28,980 nt of DNA from a virus. Lineage: Duplodnaviria > Caudoviricetes. How positions within the stretch are numbered: the stretch's first letter is position 1; each line of letters begins with the position of its first letter. Made by a program: the position numbers and the translations under genes. The notes beneath the pieces are model-generated. The model worked only from the letters and a program-made list of their open reading frames with translations. It made no database searches and was not told where the DNA came from. The stretch covers positions 1-28,980 of the IMG/VR virus record IMGVR_UViG_3300002307_000178. One strand, given 5' to 3'. Positions 1-6,745 of this stretch are shown here, one piece after another.

Positions 1-152
1 TTTTCCATTGTCAGATTTCCTTCAATGTTGGGGTTAAGTAAAAATGATGATTAAAAGCACGGCTAGAATTGCGGCATACCAAAGAGCCTGTATGGATTGC
101 CGGTAGTCTTCGATGCGCTTCAGGTGGAGGGCTTTGGCGTGGGTCATGGCGA

Positions 153-782
153 TTACGCCATGCGCATAGGCATGAGCACCATTTCAAGGCCATTGCTTCC
201 TTTGATATTCGCAGGGGCGCTTGAATCATTAAAATAAAGGTCGATTACCGGTACTCCGCGCTTATCATCGTATGACTCAATTGCGGCCTTGCACATTTCC
301 ATGAGGTATCGCGCATTAAAGCGTATGCGGGCAGTATCCGGCGTAATCTCAGGAGTTACTCGGCGATGATCGGGAAAGTTTCCATCAATCAGCTTAAAGT
401 TAGCCGATGACTGGAGCCTGTCCCATTCCCATAACTGGAGCGTCAAGGCGAGCGTAGAGTCATCAAACTCGAATGACACTGTATGCAGGCTTGTAACCTT
501 GCGCGGCAACTTTCCAAGCCATTCTACTGCATCGGTGGATATGATAACCCTGAATTCCTGTGTAGTGGTATCTTGGACAAAGCTATCATCCTGCACTACA
601 AGCGGAGTGACTTTCTGGCTTGCCAGCCTGTGACCGTCCGTTGAAAGCGCCAGCAATCCTTCCGGCGATGCCTCAAGGCATATGCCGTTCAGGTAATAGC
701 GGGTTTCTTCCGTGCTCATGCAAACACCAACGGTCTTTGCAAGTTTGCGAGCCTCGGTAGCCGATAAGATGATTTTAATCAT
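153..782 (-). CDS. dnaN: DNA polymerase III beta-clamp-like protein, shortened phage form (209 aa)
   Basis: DnaN motifs STEETRYYLNGI, ALSTDGHRLA, LIDGNFPDHRRV, FNARYL and terminal VLMPMR; AAGGA RBS upstream; lacks the N-terminal domain. Confidence 0.9.
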   Translation of the reverse strand: MIKIILSATEARKLAKTVGVCMSTEETRYYLNGICLEASPEGLLALSTDGHRLASQKVTPLVVQDDSFVQDTTTQEFRVIISTDAVEWLGKLPRKVTSLHTVSFEFDDSTLALTLQLWEWDRLQSSANFKLIDGNFPDHRRVTPEITPDTARIRFNARYLMEMCKAAIESYDDKRGVPVIDLYFNDSSAPANIKGSNGLEMVLMPMRMA

Positions 783-985
783 ACTCAGATTTCCTTGTAT
801 GTAGCCGGGTTAAAATGAAGGCACGTAAGATAGTGTAGTGGAAAGTTGCCCCGCGCCCGTTTGCCTCAAGAATCATACCTTGCGATATAATTTAGCCTAG
901 GTGCTAGCCACGGTGATCTAATCAACAACTCTTGAACGGCCTGACATTACTGCTTCGGTTTCCACTTTAATCAAATTCCTGATGG

Positions 986-1135
986 TTAATCGAACTGATC
1001 AAACTCTGCTTGGATAATATCTAACCATGCCCATAAATCTCCATGTTCAGATTCTTCGCCATAAAGATGAACCCATAGCTTTTCGGCTGCTTTCTTTGCT
1101 TTTTTGCGAAGGTCTGAAATTGGAAACTCAGTCAT
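986..1135 (-). CDS. Hypothetical protein, 49 aa (MTEFPISDLRKK...)
   Basis: Translated by hand; GAGGAG RBS 8 nt upstream of ATG; tiles with neighbours. Confidence 0.65.
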   Translation of the reverse strand: MTEFPISDLRKKAKKAAEKLWVHLYGEESEHGDLWAWLDIIQAEFDQFD

Positions 1136-1154
1136 TTAATCATCTCCTCGTTGA

Positions 1155-1328
1155 TTAATCTTTTCCGTATAAAGCTTGTCTGGCTATTTCGTTCACGCGG
1201 TCACAAACGGCGGAATAATCGCTATCGTGTTCACCATCGCTATTTGTTAAATTCTCAATTTTCCGCATGAATCCCATAAGCCGGTGTACTTCGTCACTTC
1301 CTTTTATTTCTTTGAACCCAGACGGCAT
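1155..1328 (-). CDS. Hypothetical protein, 57 aa (MPSGFKEIKGS...)
   Basis: Translated by hand; starts 7 nt after the stop of the upstream gene. Confidence 0.6.
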   Translation of the reverse strand: MPSGFKEIKGSDEVHRLMGFMRKIENLTNSDGEHDSDYSAVCDRVNEIARQALYGKD

Positions 1329-1335
1329 AAATCTC

Positions 1336-1575
1336 TCAGCTAATCGGGCTTGTGCAATCGTGGTTGGAAAGAATCATCTGCACGTAAGGAACGAAACCAA
1401 GCCAGTTGCCTTCAAAATTGCGTTCGGTTCCTTCCGGGTCTGTTAGTGTCCAGCCGCTAATCTTCTTTGCGCGGGGTAAGTTGCCACCACAATTCCAAAC
1501 ATTTGCAAAAGAGCGGAAAGACCAACCCTTGACCGTATTGCCCTGAAGGTCTTTTACCGGAAGTGCCTTTGTCAT
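1336..1575 (-). CDS. Hypothetical early protein, 79 aa
   Basis: AGGGGA RBS; first gene after the promoter at 1613-1641. Confidence 0.75.
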   Translation of the reverse strand: MTKALPVKDLQGNTVKGWSFRSFANVWNCGGNLPRAKKISGWTLTDPEGTERNFEGNWLGFVPYVQMILSNHDCTSPIS

Positions 1576-1612
1576 CTCGATCCCCTATTGAGTTGTTTAA
1601 GCTAACAAGGGG

Positions 1613-1641
1613 AGCGTACTCCCACTGTTATTAACTGTCAA
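1613..1641 (-). promoter_or_regulatory. Sigma70-type promoter TTGACA-N17-TACGCT
   Basis: Perfect -35, 17-nt spacer, 4/6 -10; inverted repeat GGGAG-cgta-CTCCC (1610-1623) overlaps the -10. Confidence 0.8.
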
Positions 1642-1769
1642 TAACTATTTTCAGATTCTTTTTCTACGCTCTCATGATGTAATTCCATAAGGTATTCAGC
1701 CCGTTTATCCGCCTCGCGGTCTTCAAGGGCTTCGCGTGCCTTGCGCTGCTCTTCTGCTTCCATATTCAT
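1638..1769 (-). CDS. Hypothetical charged helical protein, 43 aa (MNMEAEEQRK...)
   Basis: ATGA overlap with the stop of 1766-1858; 3' part of track ORF 1638..1841. Confidence 0.55.
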   Translation of the reverse strand: MNMEAEEQRKAREALEDREADKRAEYLMELHHESVEKESENSY

Positions 1770-1858
1770 TCCCCGAAGAAGAGCCAGAGGCCGACTGTGC
1801 CGATAACCCATAGCATGAGGCGTGCGAGCACAAGGGCACATGCGATTTCTATAATCAT
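1766..1858 (-). CDS. Single-TM micropeptide, 30 aa (MIIEIACALVLARLMLWVIGTVGLWLFFGE)
   Basis: ATGA-coupled at both ends; similar to 5162-5248. Confidence 0.6.
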   Translation of the reverse strand: MIIEIACALVLARLMLWVIGTVGLWLFFGE

Positions 1859-2244
1859 ACGATAACCTTTCTGAAGAATGTTGCGGGACGGCCTTGTCCC
1901 ATTTCCCGAAGTATCTCTATTTTACCGGATTCCTTAAGTTCCATTGCCGCTTTTTCAAGTTCATGCTTTTTAATCCACCTGTATTTACGCTGCATGATGC
2001 GCTTGCTTACCATGTCGCTTTTCTCAAGCTCCCGCATGATAGCGCCCTTTCCACCGCCCTCCTTAACACCATGCGAATAGAAGCCTTCAACCTGCACAAG
2101 AGTCTTATTGTTTCTCGGTATTCCAAGGTAGCGCCTTAGCGCCATTTCAATCACCATGTCCGGGCTTAAACCCTGATTCGAGCATGATTCCATAAAGCGC
2201 TTGTAGATTGTTTCATCAAAAAACTTTATCTCCATTATCTCCAT
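1855..2244 (-). CDS. Putative DNA-binding protein (RHH-like N-terminus, winged-helix-like C-terminus)
   Basis: AAGGA RBS; N-terminal strand-helix-helix pattern (GLSPDMVIEMALRRYL); C-terminal LKESGKIEI...GRPATFFR wing-like motif. Confidence 0.55.
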   Translation of the reverse strand: MEIMEIKFFDETIYKRFMESCSNQGLSPDMVIEMALRRYLGIPRNNKTLVQVEGFYSHGVKEGGGKGAIMRELEKSDMVSKRIMQRKYRWIKKHELEKAAMELKESGKIEILREMGQGRPATFFRKVIV

Positions 2245-2286
2245 ACTTTATCCTTTCTTGTATAGTTGCTGTTAGATGCAATTGTT

Positions 2287-2315
2287 ATCTTATAGCTCAT
2301 ATGTCACTTAGTCAA
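2287..2315 (-). promoter_or_regulatory. Sigma70-type promoter TTGACT-N17-TAAGAT
   Basis: Near-consensus boxes with 17-nt spacer, about 40 nt upstream of the ATG at 2244. Confidence 0.75.
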
Positions 2316-2339
2316 AGTAAATAGCATTATTATACTTCT

Positions 2340-2600
2340 ATGTTTGTTCCGTCCCAAGGGACTAAAGATGTGACATGACTATTTGTTGTTTTATATGTTT
2401 TTTTATTACTTTGTTCCCGTGTCCGTTTGTTCCCTTTAAATAGATGACGCTTCTCTCGCGCGTACGCGCGTTATCTTTATTAGAGAGATTTTTCTTTCTG
2501 TCTGTCTCTTAGGGACGTAACGGACGCGTGACGTTAGTGGGTGATAGCATTGATAAATAACAATTTCTCATGTCACACTTACGTCACACGCGGTTGGAAC
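2340..2600. other. Putative replication origin (AT-rich, symmetric, iteron-like repeats)
   Basis: Imperfect ~30-bp inverted repeats 2369-2397 / 2548-2577, perfect 14-bp palindrome 2457-2470, repeated TTGTTCC and GTCAC/GTGAC words. Confidence 0.5.
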
Positions 2601-2754
2601 TAAGTAAACCACTGTATTATATGTTTGTTTTAAGTTATAGGCATTTTTATCAATTAGCTCTAAAATAAAGCTGTGCATGGTGTTTGGCTATCGTGGTATG
2701 GAATTGCCGGTAAAAGTGCTGTGCGGGCTTCCCTGTGGCGGTAAGGGGTATGTA

Positions 2755-2783
2755 TTGCCATGCTTTCAAACTGGTGTTAAACT
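2755..2783 (+). promoter_or_regulatory. Promoter TTGCCA-N17-TAAACT with extended -10 TG; probably leaderless terS transcript
   Basis: -10 ends 8 nt before ATG 2792; no clear SD. Confidence 0.6.
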
Positions 2784-2791
2784 TCTGGAAT

Positions 2792-3322
2792 ATGGAACAA
2801 GTACAAGGGGAAGAAATAAAAAGCGGGTATACCGGGAAGATTACGAAGCCCAGTGAACGCTTCAGAAGCAAGCAAAGACGCGAGCAACACCGACTGCGCG
2901 TTCACACGCTGGACCTCAAGAAAATACGTGCTTATGCCGAGGTTGGATGCCCGCGCAGTGAGATAGCATCGCTGCTAAATGTCGGTGAATCATGGCTTGA
3001 TGAGGCAATCAGAAAAGACAGCGAGCTTGAAGAGGCGATAATACTTGGCACTGCTGAATTTAAGAACGCATTACGCACAACACAAGCACGCCTCGCACTA
3101 TCGGGCCATCCTGGCATGCTTATTTGGCTTGGAAAGCAGTTTTTAGGGCAGTCCGATAAACAAGAGAGTAAGCAGGAAACCACGGTAAACGTGGTACTCC
3201 AGAATGCCATGAAGGAATTACGCGAGCTTGACGCGGATACGCTTACGCAGATGAAATTACTCTTGGAACAAAAGAAAACCCCGCCAGCGATTGACGGGGT
3301 TTCCGAAGTTATTGAGAGTTAG
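2792..3322 (+). CDS. terS: Putative terminase small subunit
   Basis: HTH (GCPRSEIASLLNV) followed by helical region and MLIWLGKQFLGQSDKQE motif typical of a phage TerS-like family; first gene of the plus-strand arm. Confidence 0.75.
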   Translation: MEQVQGEEIKSGYTGKITKPSERFRSKQRREQHRLRVHTLDLKKIRAYAEVGCPRSEIASLLNVGESWLDEAIRKDSELEEAIILGTAEFKNALRTTQARLALSGHPGMLIWLGKQFLGQSDKQESKQETTVNVVLQNAMKELRELDADTLTQMKLLLEQKKTPPAIDGVSEVIES

Positions 3323-3592
3323 TTACTGCTTAAGTTCATTGAAGCAAAGCCAGTTGCGATATTCATACTGGAGTAAATCGAAATCACGAAGAGAAATCTT
3401 GTCGCCTGCTCGCATTGCTGCGGCACAAGAGAACTTGTGGCCTACGCTGTTATAGCCTTGGCTATAAGCATGCAATGCCATGCGATACCACTCGCTCTTT
3501 TCATGCGCGGTTGGTTCAATGTCCTGCACATCAAGCTGCTTTCCCAATGTCGCCGGGTTCGTCGCAACTCTGGTCTGTTTCTGCATAGCCAT
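3323..3592 (-). CDS. Hypothetical protein, 89 aa
   Basis: AAGGAG RBS; TAATG coupling with upstream gene; stop abuts the terS stop. Confidence 0.75.
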   Translation of the reverse strand: MAMQKQTRVATNPATLGKQLDVQDIEPTAHEKSEWYRMALHAYSQGYNSVGHKFSCAAAMRAGDKISLRDFDLLQYEYRNWLCFNELKQ

Positions 3593-3789
3593 TACTCCTT
3601 ATGGTGTTGTGATTTGCATTTGATGTTGTCGCCCTGTTCCCACAAGTCGCAACGCCCCAAGTCAATGCTCGCGTCCTCAACAGCGCCGGATATGAACGGC
3701 ACGCGAATGTGAGGGCACTCGTTGAATGTATAAAGCCAGATGATGCTGACGATTACAGTGGTGTAGAAAAAGATATGGAATGATTTCAT
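3592..3789 (-). CDS. Small membrane-anchored protein, 65 aa (MKSFHIFFYTTVIVSIIWLY...)
   Basis: AAGGA RBS; N-terminal hydrophobic helix; own promoter upstream. Confidence 0.7.
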   Translation of the reverse strand: MKSFHIFFYTTVIVSIIWLYTFNECPHIRVPFISGAVEDASIDLGRCDLWEQGDNIKCKSQHHKE

Positions 3790-3823
3790 AGTCAGATGTC
3801 CTTCTATGGTTGTTAGTCCGGTG

Positions 3824-3852
3824 AATGTATCATGATAGTTATGAACAGTCAA
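3824..3852 (-). promoter_or_regulatory. Sigma70-type promoter TTGACT-N17-TACATT
   Basis: Near-consensus boxes with 17-nt spacer upstream of ATG 3789. Confidence 0.75.
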
Positions 3853-4152
3853 TAACAATCTGCGACCAAGGTGTAAGGGGTTGGCGAGCGTGTGTGTGAG
3901 GGTAATGGGGTGTTGAACTCTGGAGGAGGAAGAGGGGCGGCAGGGGGTGGGGGCTGAGTTTGGACGCCTTGGCTTTGGCCGTGTAGGCTTCGACCATAAT
4001 TTTTGCGGGGAAATCACACTCGTATATACACCACGTTTGTATATACACTAGTGCAATATGCACTAATGAAAAAGCACCCCCTTCACTTTAATCTTGACTA
4101 CTCCCCAAAATTTTTCTGGACTTTTCAATGAAACATGTATATACATATACCC

Positions 4153-4362
4153 ATGAGCACCTACTACCAGTCACATATCGCATGTCCGAAGCACCGTCAT
4201 AAGTATAGGTGGAGCGAGTCCCATCTGTGCATGTCGTGCTTTGATTTCCATGACGAGCCTGTGGACCCCATGCCTCCTGACAAGAGGAATGGAACGGGAG
4301 AGCGTAGGGAATACCGTCACAACCATTATCTTAAAACCAAACTGAAGGAGCAGACCGTATGA
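4153..4362 (+). CDS. Small putative Zn-binding protein
   Basis: CPKHRH...R...CMSC motif; ATGA overlap with next gene; start uncertain (4135 or 4153). Confidence 0.6.
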   Translation: MSTYYQSHIACPKHRHKYRWSESHLCMSCFDFHDEPVDPMPPDKRNGTGERREYRHNHYLKTKLKEQTV

Positions 4363-4523
4363 ACACCTCAAGGCTACCTAATATCATATTCAACTTTGTA
4401 GCCGTCTTCGCTATGGCATTCCTCCTGAAACCATATGCCAATGGCAAGCAGCCCGTAGGTAAGTTTGGAATGCTGCTTATCGTCCTCGCCGTATATACCC
4501 TTGGAAGGGTGGTGCTGAAATGA
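4359..4523 (+). CDS. Small two-TM membrane protein, 54 aa (MNTSRLPNIIFNFVAVFAMAFLL...)
   Basis: AAGGAG RBS; ATGA overlaps at both ends; two hydrophobic segments. Confidence 0.7.
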   Translation: MNTSRLPNIIFNFVAVFAMAFLLKPYANGKQPVGKFGMLLIVLAVYTLGRVVLK

Positions 4524-4831
4524 CAAGACCTCGCGCAGGATGCTGGCTGCATGCGAAGCAGAACAATCTGCCGACCTATAAGGGAAGGATGCCGTGCAAG
4601 CGGTGCGGGATATTCGAGAAGTTCACAAAGAATAGCGAGTGCGTGAATAAGTGTAACCGCATCAGGAACCGCGAGTACCGGGAGTATTGCAGGAAGAATC
4701 AGGTGGAGAATAAGTCTTCGTATGCCTCGACCTCCCTTGGCATACCCAAGCCCAAGGTTACGCCGGAGGAGGGATGGCGAAACCTCTCTCCCGACTTTAC
4801 GCCTGACAACCTCAGCACAGGATGGATGTAG
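4520..4831 (+). CDS. Putative Zn-finger protein, 103 aa
   Basis: YKGRMPCKRCG...ECVNKC; coupled to upstream gene. Confidence 0.7.
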   Translation: MTRPRAGCWLHAKQNNLPTYKGRMPCKRCGIFEKFTKNSECVNKCNRIRNREYREYCRKNQVENKSSYASTSLGIPKPKVTPEEGWRNLSPDFTPDNLSTGWM

Positions 4832-4835
4832 TGAT

Positions 4836-5165
4836 ATGACGAAGTTCAGGCCCTCCGCCTTTCGGTATCTGGAGTATGGAGACTGGGTAATGAAGTACAG
4901 GCATAACTGGTCGCCGGTCGGAGATAAGGTTATGCAATCGACTCCGGTGGCGACCCTGTGTTGTATATACGGTAAGAAGAAGGCGCTTAAATGCTTCATG
5001 CCGGATAATATCATCAGGCGTCCGGGAGGCAGGGAGAGGATGACGGCGATATACAAGTCCTTCATGCGCCATGGACTGCCCATCACCGAGGACCAGTTTC
5101 ACGCCATGGCCTTTAGAGAGGACAAGCCGGACCTTATACCGTCGATGGCCGGAGATTACATATGA
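4836..5165 (+). CDS. Hypothetical protein, 109 aa
   Basis: ATG 4 nt after the preceding stop; 3' part of track ORF 4722..5165. Confidence 0.65.
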   Translation: MTKFRPSAFRYLEYGDWVMKYRHNWSPVGDKVMQSTPVATLCCIYGKKKALKCFMPDNIIRRPGGRERMTAIYKSFMRHGLPITEDQFHAMAFREDKPDLIPSMAGDYI

Positions 5166-5248
5166 TTATGGAAGTGGCGTGCGGCGTGGTGCTGGGCTGG
5201 GTCTTTATCCTGATACTGAACGCAGTCATCATCTGGATGATGGATTAA
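5162..5248 (+). CDS. Single-TM micropeptide, 28 aa (MIMEVACGVVLGWVFILILNAVIIWMMD)
   Basis: GGAG RBS, ATGA overlap; similar to 1766-1858. Confidence 0.6.
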   Translation: MIMEVACGVVLGWVFILILNAVIIWMMD

Positions 5249-5295
5249 ATCGAACCCTTTACTCGCAGCCGGTAACAGTATATACATGGATTTAT

Positions 5296-5505
5296 ATGGA
5301 ACCATTTGACATCGTTTCACGCCTTGAAGACCTGCGCATCACCTTTATGCGCGGGCATCAGGAGGATTATTCCGAACTGGTGAACGATGCCATTCAGGAG
5401 ATTAAGGCACTCAGGGCGAGGCAGGTGATGATAGACCGTGAAACCCTGTTCGACCTTGACGCGCCCAAACCCTTTCAACGCGACCCTAAGATTATTGGAG
5501 AGTGA
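5296..5505 (+). CDS. Hypothetical protein, 69 aa (DIVSRL...DAIQEIKALR helical phage-type protein)
   Basis: 3' part of track ORF 5071..5505; tiles with neighbours. Confidence 0.65.
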   Translation: MEPFDIVSRLEDLRITFMRGHQEDYSELVNDAIQEIKALRARQVMIDRETLFDLDAPKPFQRDPKIIGE

Positions 5506-5506
5506 T

Positions 5507-5674
5507 GTGAATTTTAATGATGAATTTGAGGCTTTATGCAAACTCACGGAATCAGCTTTAGCCGGAACAGCAACTACTGTCGCCACTCGCCATGACTGCA
5601 CTGCTGATAAGATGGCAAGAACAGCGGTAGAGATAGCTAAGTCCGCCATGAAGGAGCTTAAGAAGAATGGCTGA
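5507..5674 (+). CDS. Hypothetical protein, 55 aa (GTG start)
   Basis: GGAG RBS at 5497-5500; stop overlaps next gene. Confidence 0.6.
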   Translation: MNFNDEFEALCKLTESALAGTATTVATRHDCTADKMARTAVEIAKSAMKELKKNG

Positions 5675-5936
5675 GCCAATTATCAGGTCTATTGGCGTTA
5701 TAGAGGAAATAGCAAAGAGCCTTGGTGAAGGATTGCTAAAGCAGTTGGCTGAGCAACTGGTGTATATAATGCGGGAGAATGAAAAAATAACGGAAGCCGC
5801 TGTGAATATCGTAGCTCAGTCAGGTGCGGATAACGGAGGCTATTCTTTCGGACCTCTTGCTTATAAAAAACTAATTGAATGTTGCCCAAAAGCTTATGAA
5901 ATGCATGAGAATAAAATAAGGAATATATATGGCTGA
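5667..5936 (+). CDS. Hypothetical protein, 89 aa
   Basis: AAGGAG upstream; 8-nt overlaps at both ends. Confidence 0.7.
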   Translation: MAEPIIRSIGVIEEIAKSLGEGLLKQLAEQLVYIMRENEKITEAAVNIVAQSGADNGGYSFGPLAYKKLIECCPKAYEMHENKIRNIYG

Positions 5937-6294
5937 GCCGATTGAACAGCCATACGAATACAAGCCGCCTGTCTATGAGCGCGAGCTTGTCAGGTTCATA
6001 CCCTCGCCCATGATGACGCAGTACCACGAAGGATTGCAGCGTAAGTACGAAGAGGACCGGAGGGATTGGAGAAAGCTTCATCCCGACCGGGATTATAAAT
6101 CATTAACCACAAAGGAAGACGAACATGCCGAAAGCAAAGAAGACTGCTCCATGGAGCAAAACAAAGAAGACCGTAAAAACTCTGAAGCAGAAATCCGCAA
6201 TGCCGAAAAAGACCGCGAAGCGTATCTCGAATCCCAAAAGCGTAAAGCCGAAGAAATCGAAAGCCAAGCCTGCCAAGGCGAAAGCGAAAGGTAA
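5929..6294 (+). CDS. Hypothetical charged protein, 121 aa
   Basis: TAAGGA RBS; 3' 170 nt overlap 6125-6430 in another frame. Confidence 0.55.
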   Translation: MAEPIEQPYEYKPPVYERELVRFIPSPMMTQYHEGLQRKYEEDRRDWRKLHPDRDYKSLTTKEDEHAESKEDCSMEQNKEDRKNSEAEIRNAEKDREAYLESQKRKAEEIESQACQGESER

Positions 6295-6430
6295 GAAGCG
6301 CGGCGGACATCTCCACCCCTTTGCAGCCCTTGCGCAGCAGGTGAGCGCGCTGCAGGCCAATGTTGATTCGCTTCTTGCCCGCGTGGTGCATCTGGAGGAA
6401 AAGACTGCCGATGCCTCCGAAGCCGCCTGA
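6125..6430 (+). CDS. Lys/Ala/Pro-rich histone-H1-like basic protein with C-terminal coiled coil
   Basis: AAGGA RBS; KPKKSKAKPAKAKAK composition; heptad LAQQVSALQANVDSLLARVVHLE. Confidence 0.7.
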   Translation: MPKAKKTAPWSKTKKTVKTLKQKSAMPKKTAKRISNPKSVKPKKSKAKPAKAKAKGKKRGGHLHPFAALAQQVSALQANVDSLLARVVHLEEKTADASEAA

Positions 6431-6578
6431 GACTGATAAGTTCAAGACTGCCATCTCCATCCGTGTCGATACGGAGGTGCTGGAGTTCTATCGTAACTCC
6501 GGCAGGGGATGGCAGTCGCGCATCAACCAGTTGCTGCGTACGAACATGGATAGGCTGCTTAAAAGAAAGAGGAAGTGA
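6411..6578 (+). CDS. BrnA-antitoxin-family ribbon-helix-helix protein (orphan, 55 aa)
   Basis: KTAISIRVDTEVLEFYRNSGRGWQSRINQLLR matches the BrnA/DUF4415 C-terminal signature; GGAGG upstream. Confidence 0.85.
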   Translation: MPPKPPETDKFKTAISIRVDTEVLEFYRNSGRGWQSRINQLLRTNMDRLLKRKRK

Positions 6579-6745
6579 TGCTTGGAATTATACGCAGGAT
6601 GGAATGGGAGCAGTTGCCGCTAATGATACCTGTCAAAAATGGATACGTTGAGGTGAGGAAGATAGAATTAAAGCGCAACAACGACCTGCAGGGTGTACTG
6701 CGGGAAATAGAAGAGTCGATAGGGAGTAATATTGATGAACGGTGA
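6578..6745 (+). CDS. Hypothetical protein, 55 aa (MLGIIRRMEWEQLP...)
   Basis: Translated by hand; TGATG coupling; GAGG RBS. Confidence 0.55.
   Translation: MLGIIRRMEWEQLPLMIPVKNGYVEVRKIELKRNNDLQGVLREIEESIGSNIDER

Larger units (their letters stand above)
4022..5285. repeat. Six dispersed copies of the palindrome GTATATAC
   Basis: Copies start at 4022, 4039, 4137, 4491, 4963, 5278. Confidence 0.85.

Noticed and set aside
3790-4063. N-terminal extension of 3592..4017 and ORF 3839..4063
   Set aside because: Run through a promoter and the G-rich tract; better start with RBS at 3789
4359-4523. Holin call for the two-TM protein
   Set aside because: Topology alone is insufficient; no adjacent endolysin
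4331-5086. 251-aa minus-strand ORF
   Set aside because: Antisense to a tightly coupled set of plus-strand genes; no recognisable motif
6125-6578. Complete BrnT-BrnA toxin-antitoxin pair
   Set aside because: Upstream gene is a Lys-rich low-complexity protein with no BrnT-like features
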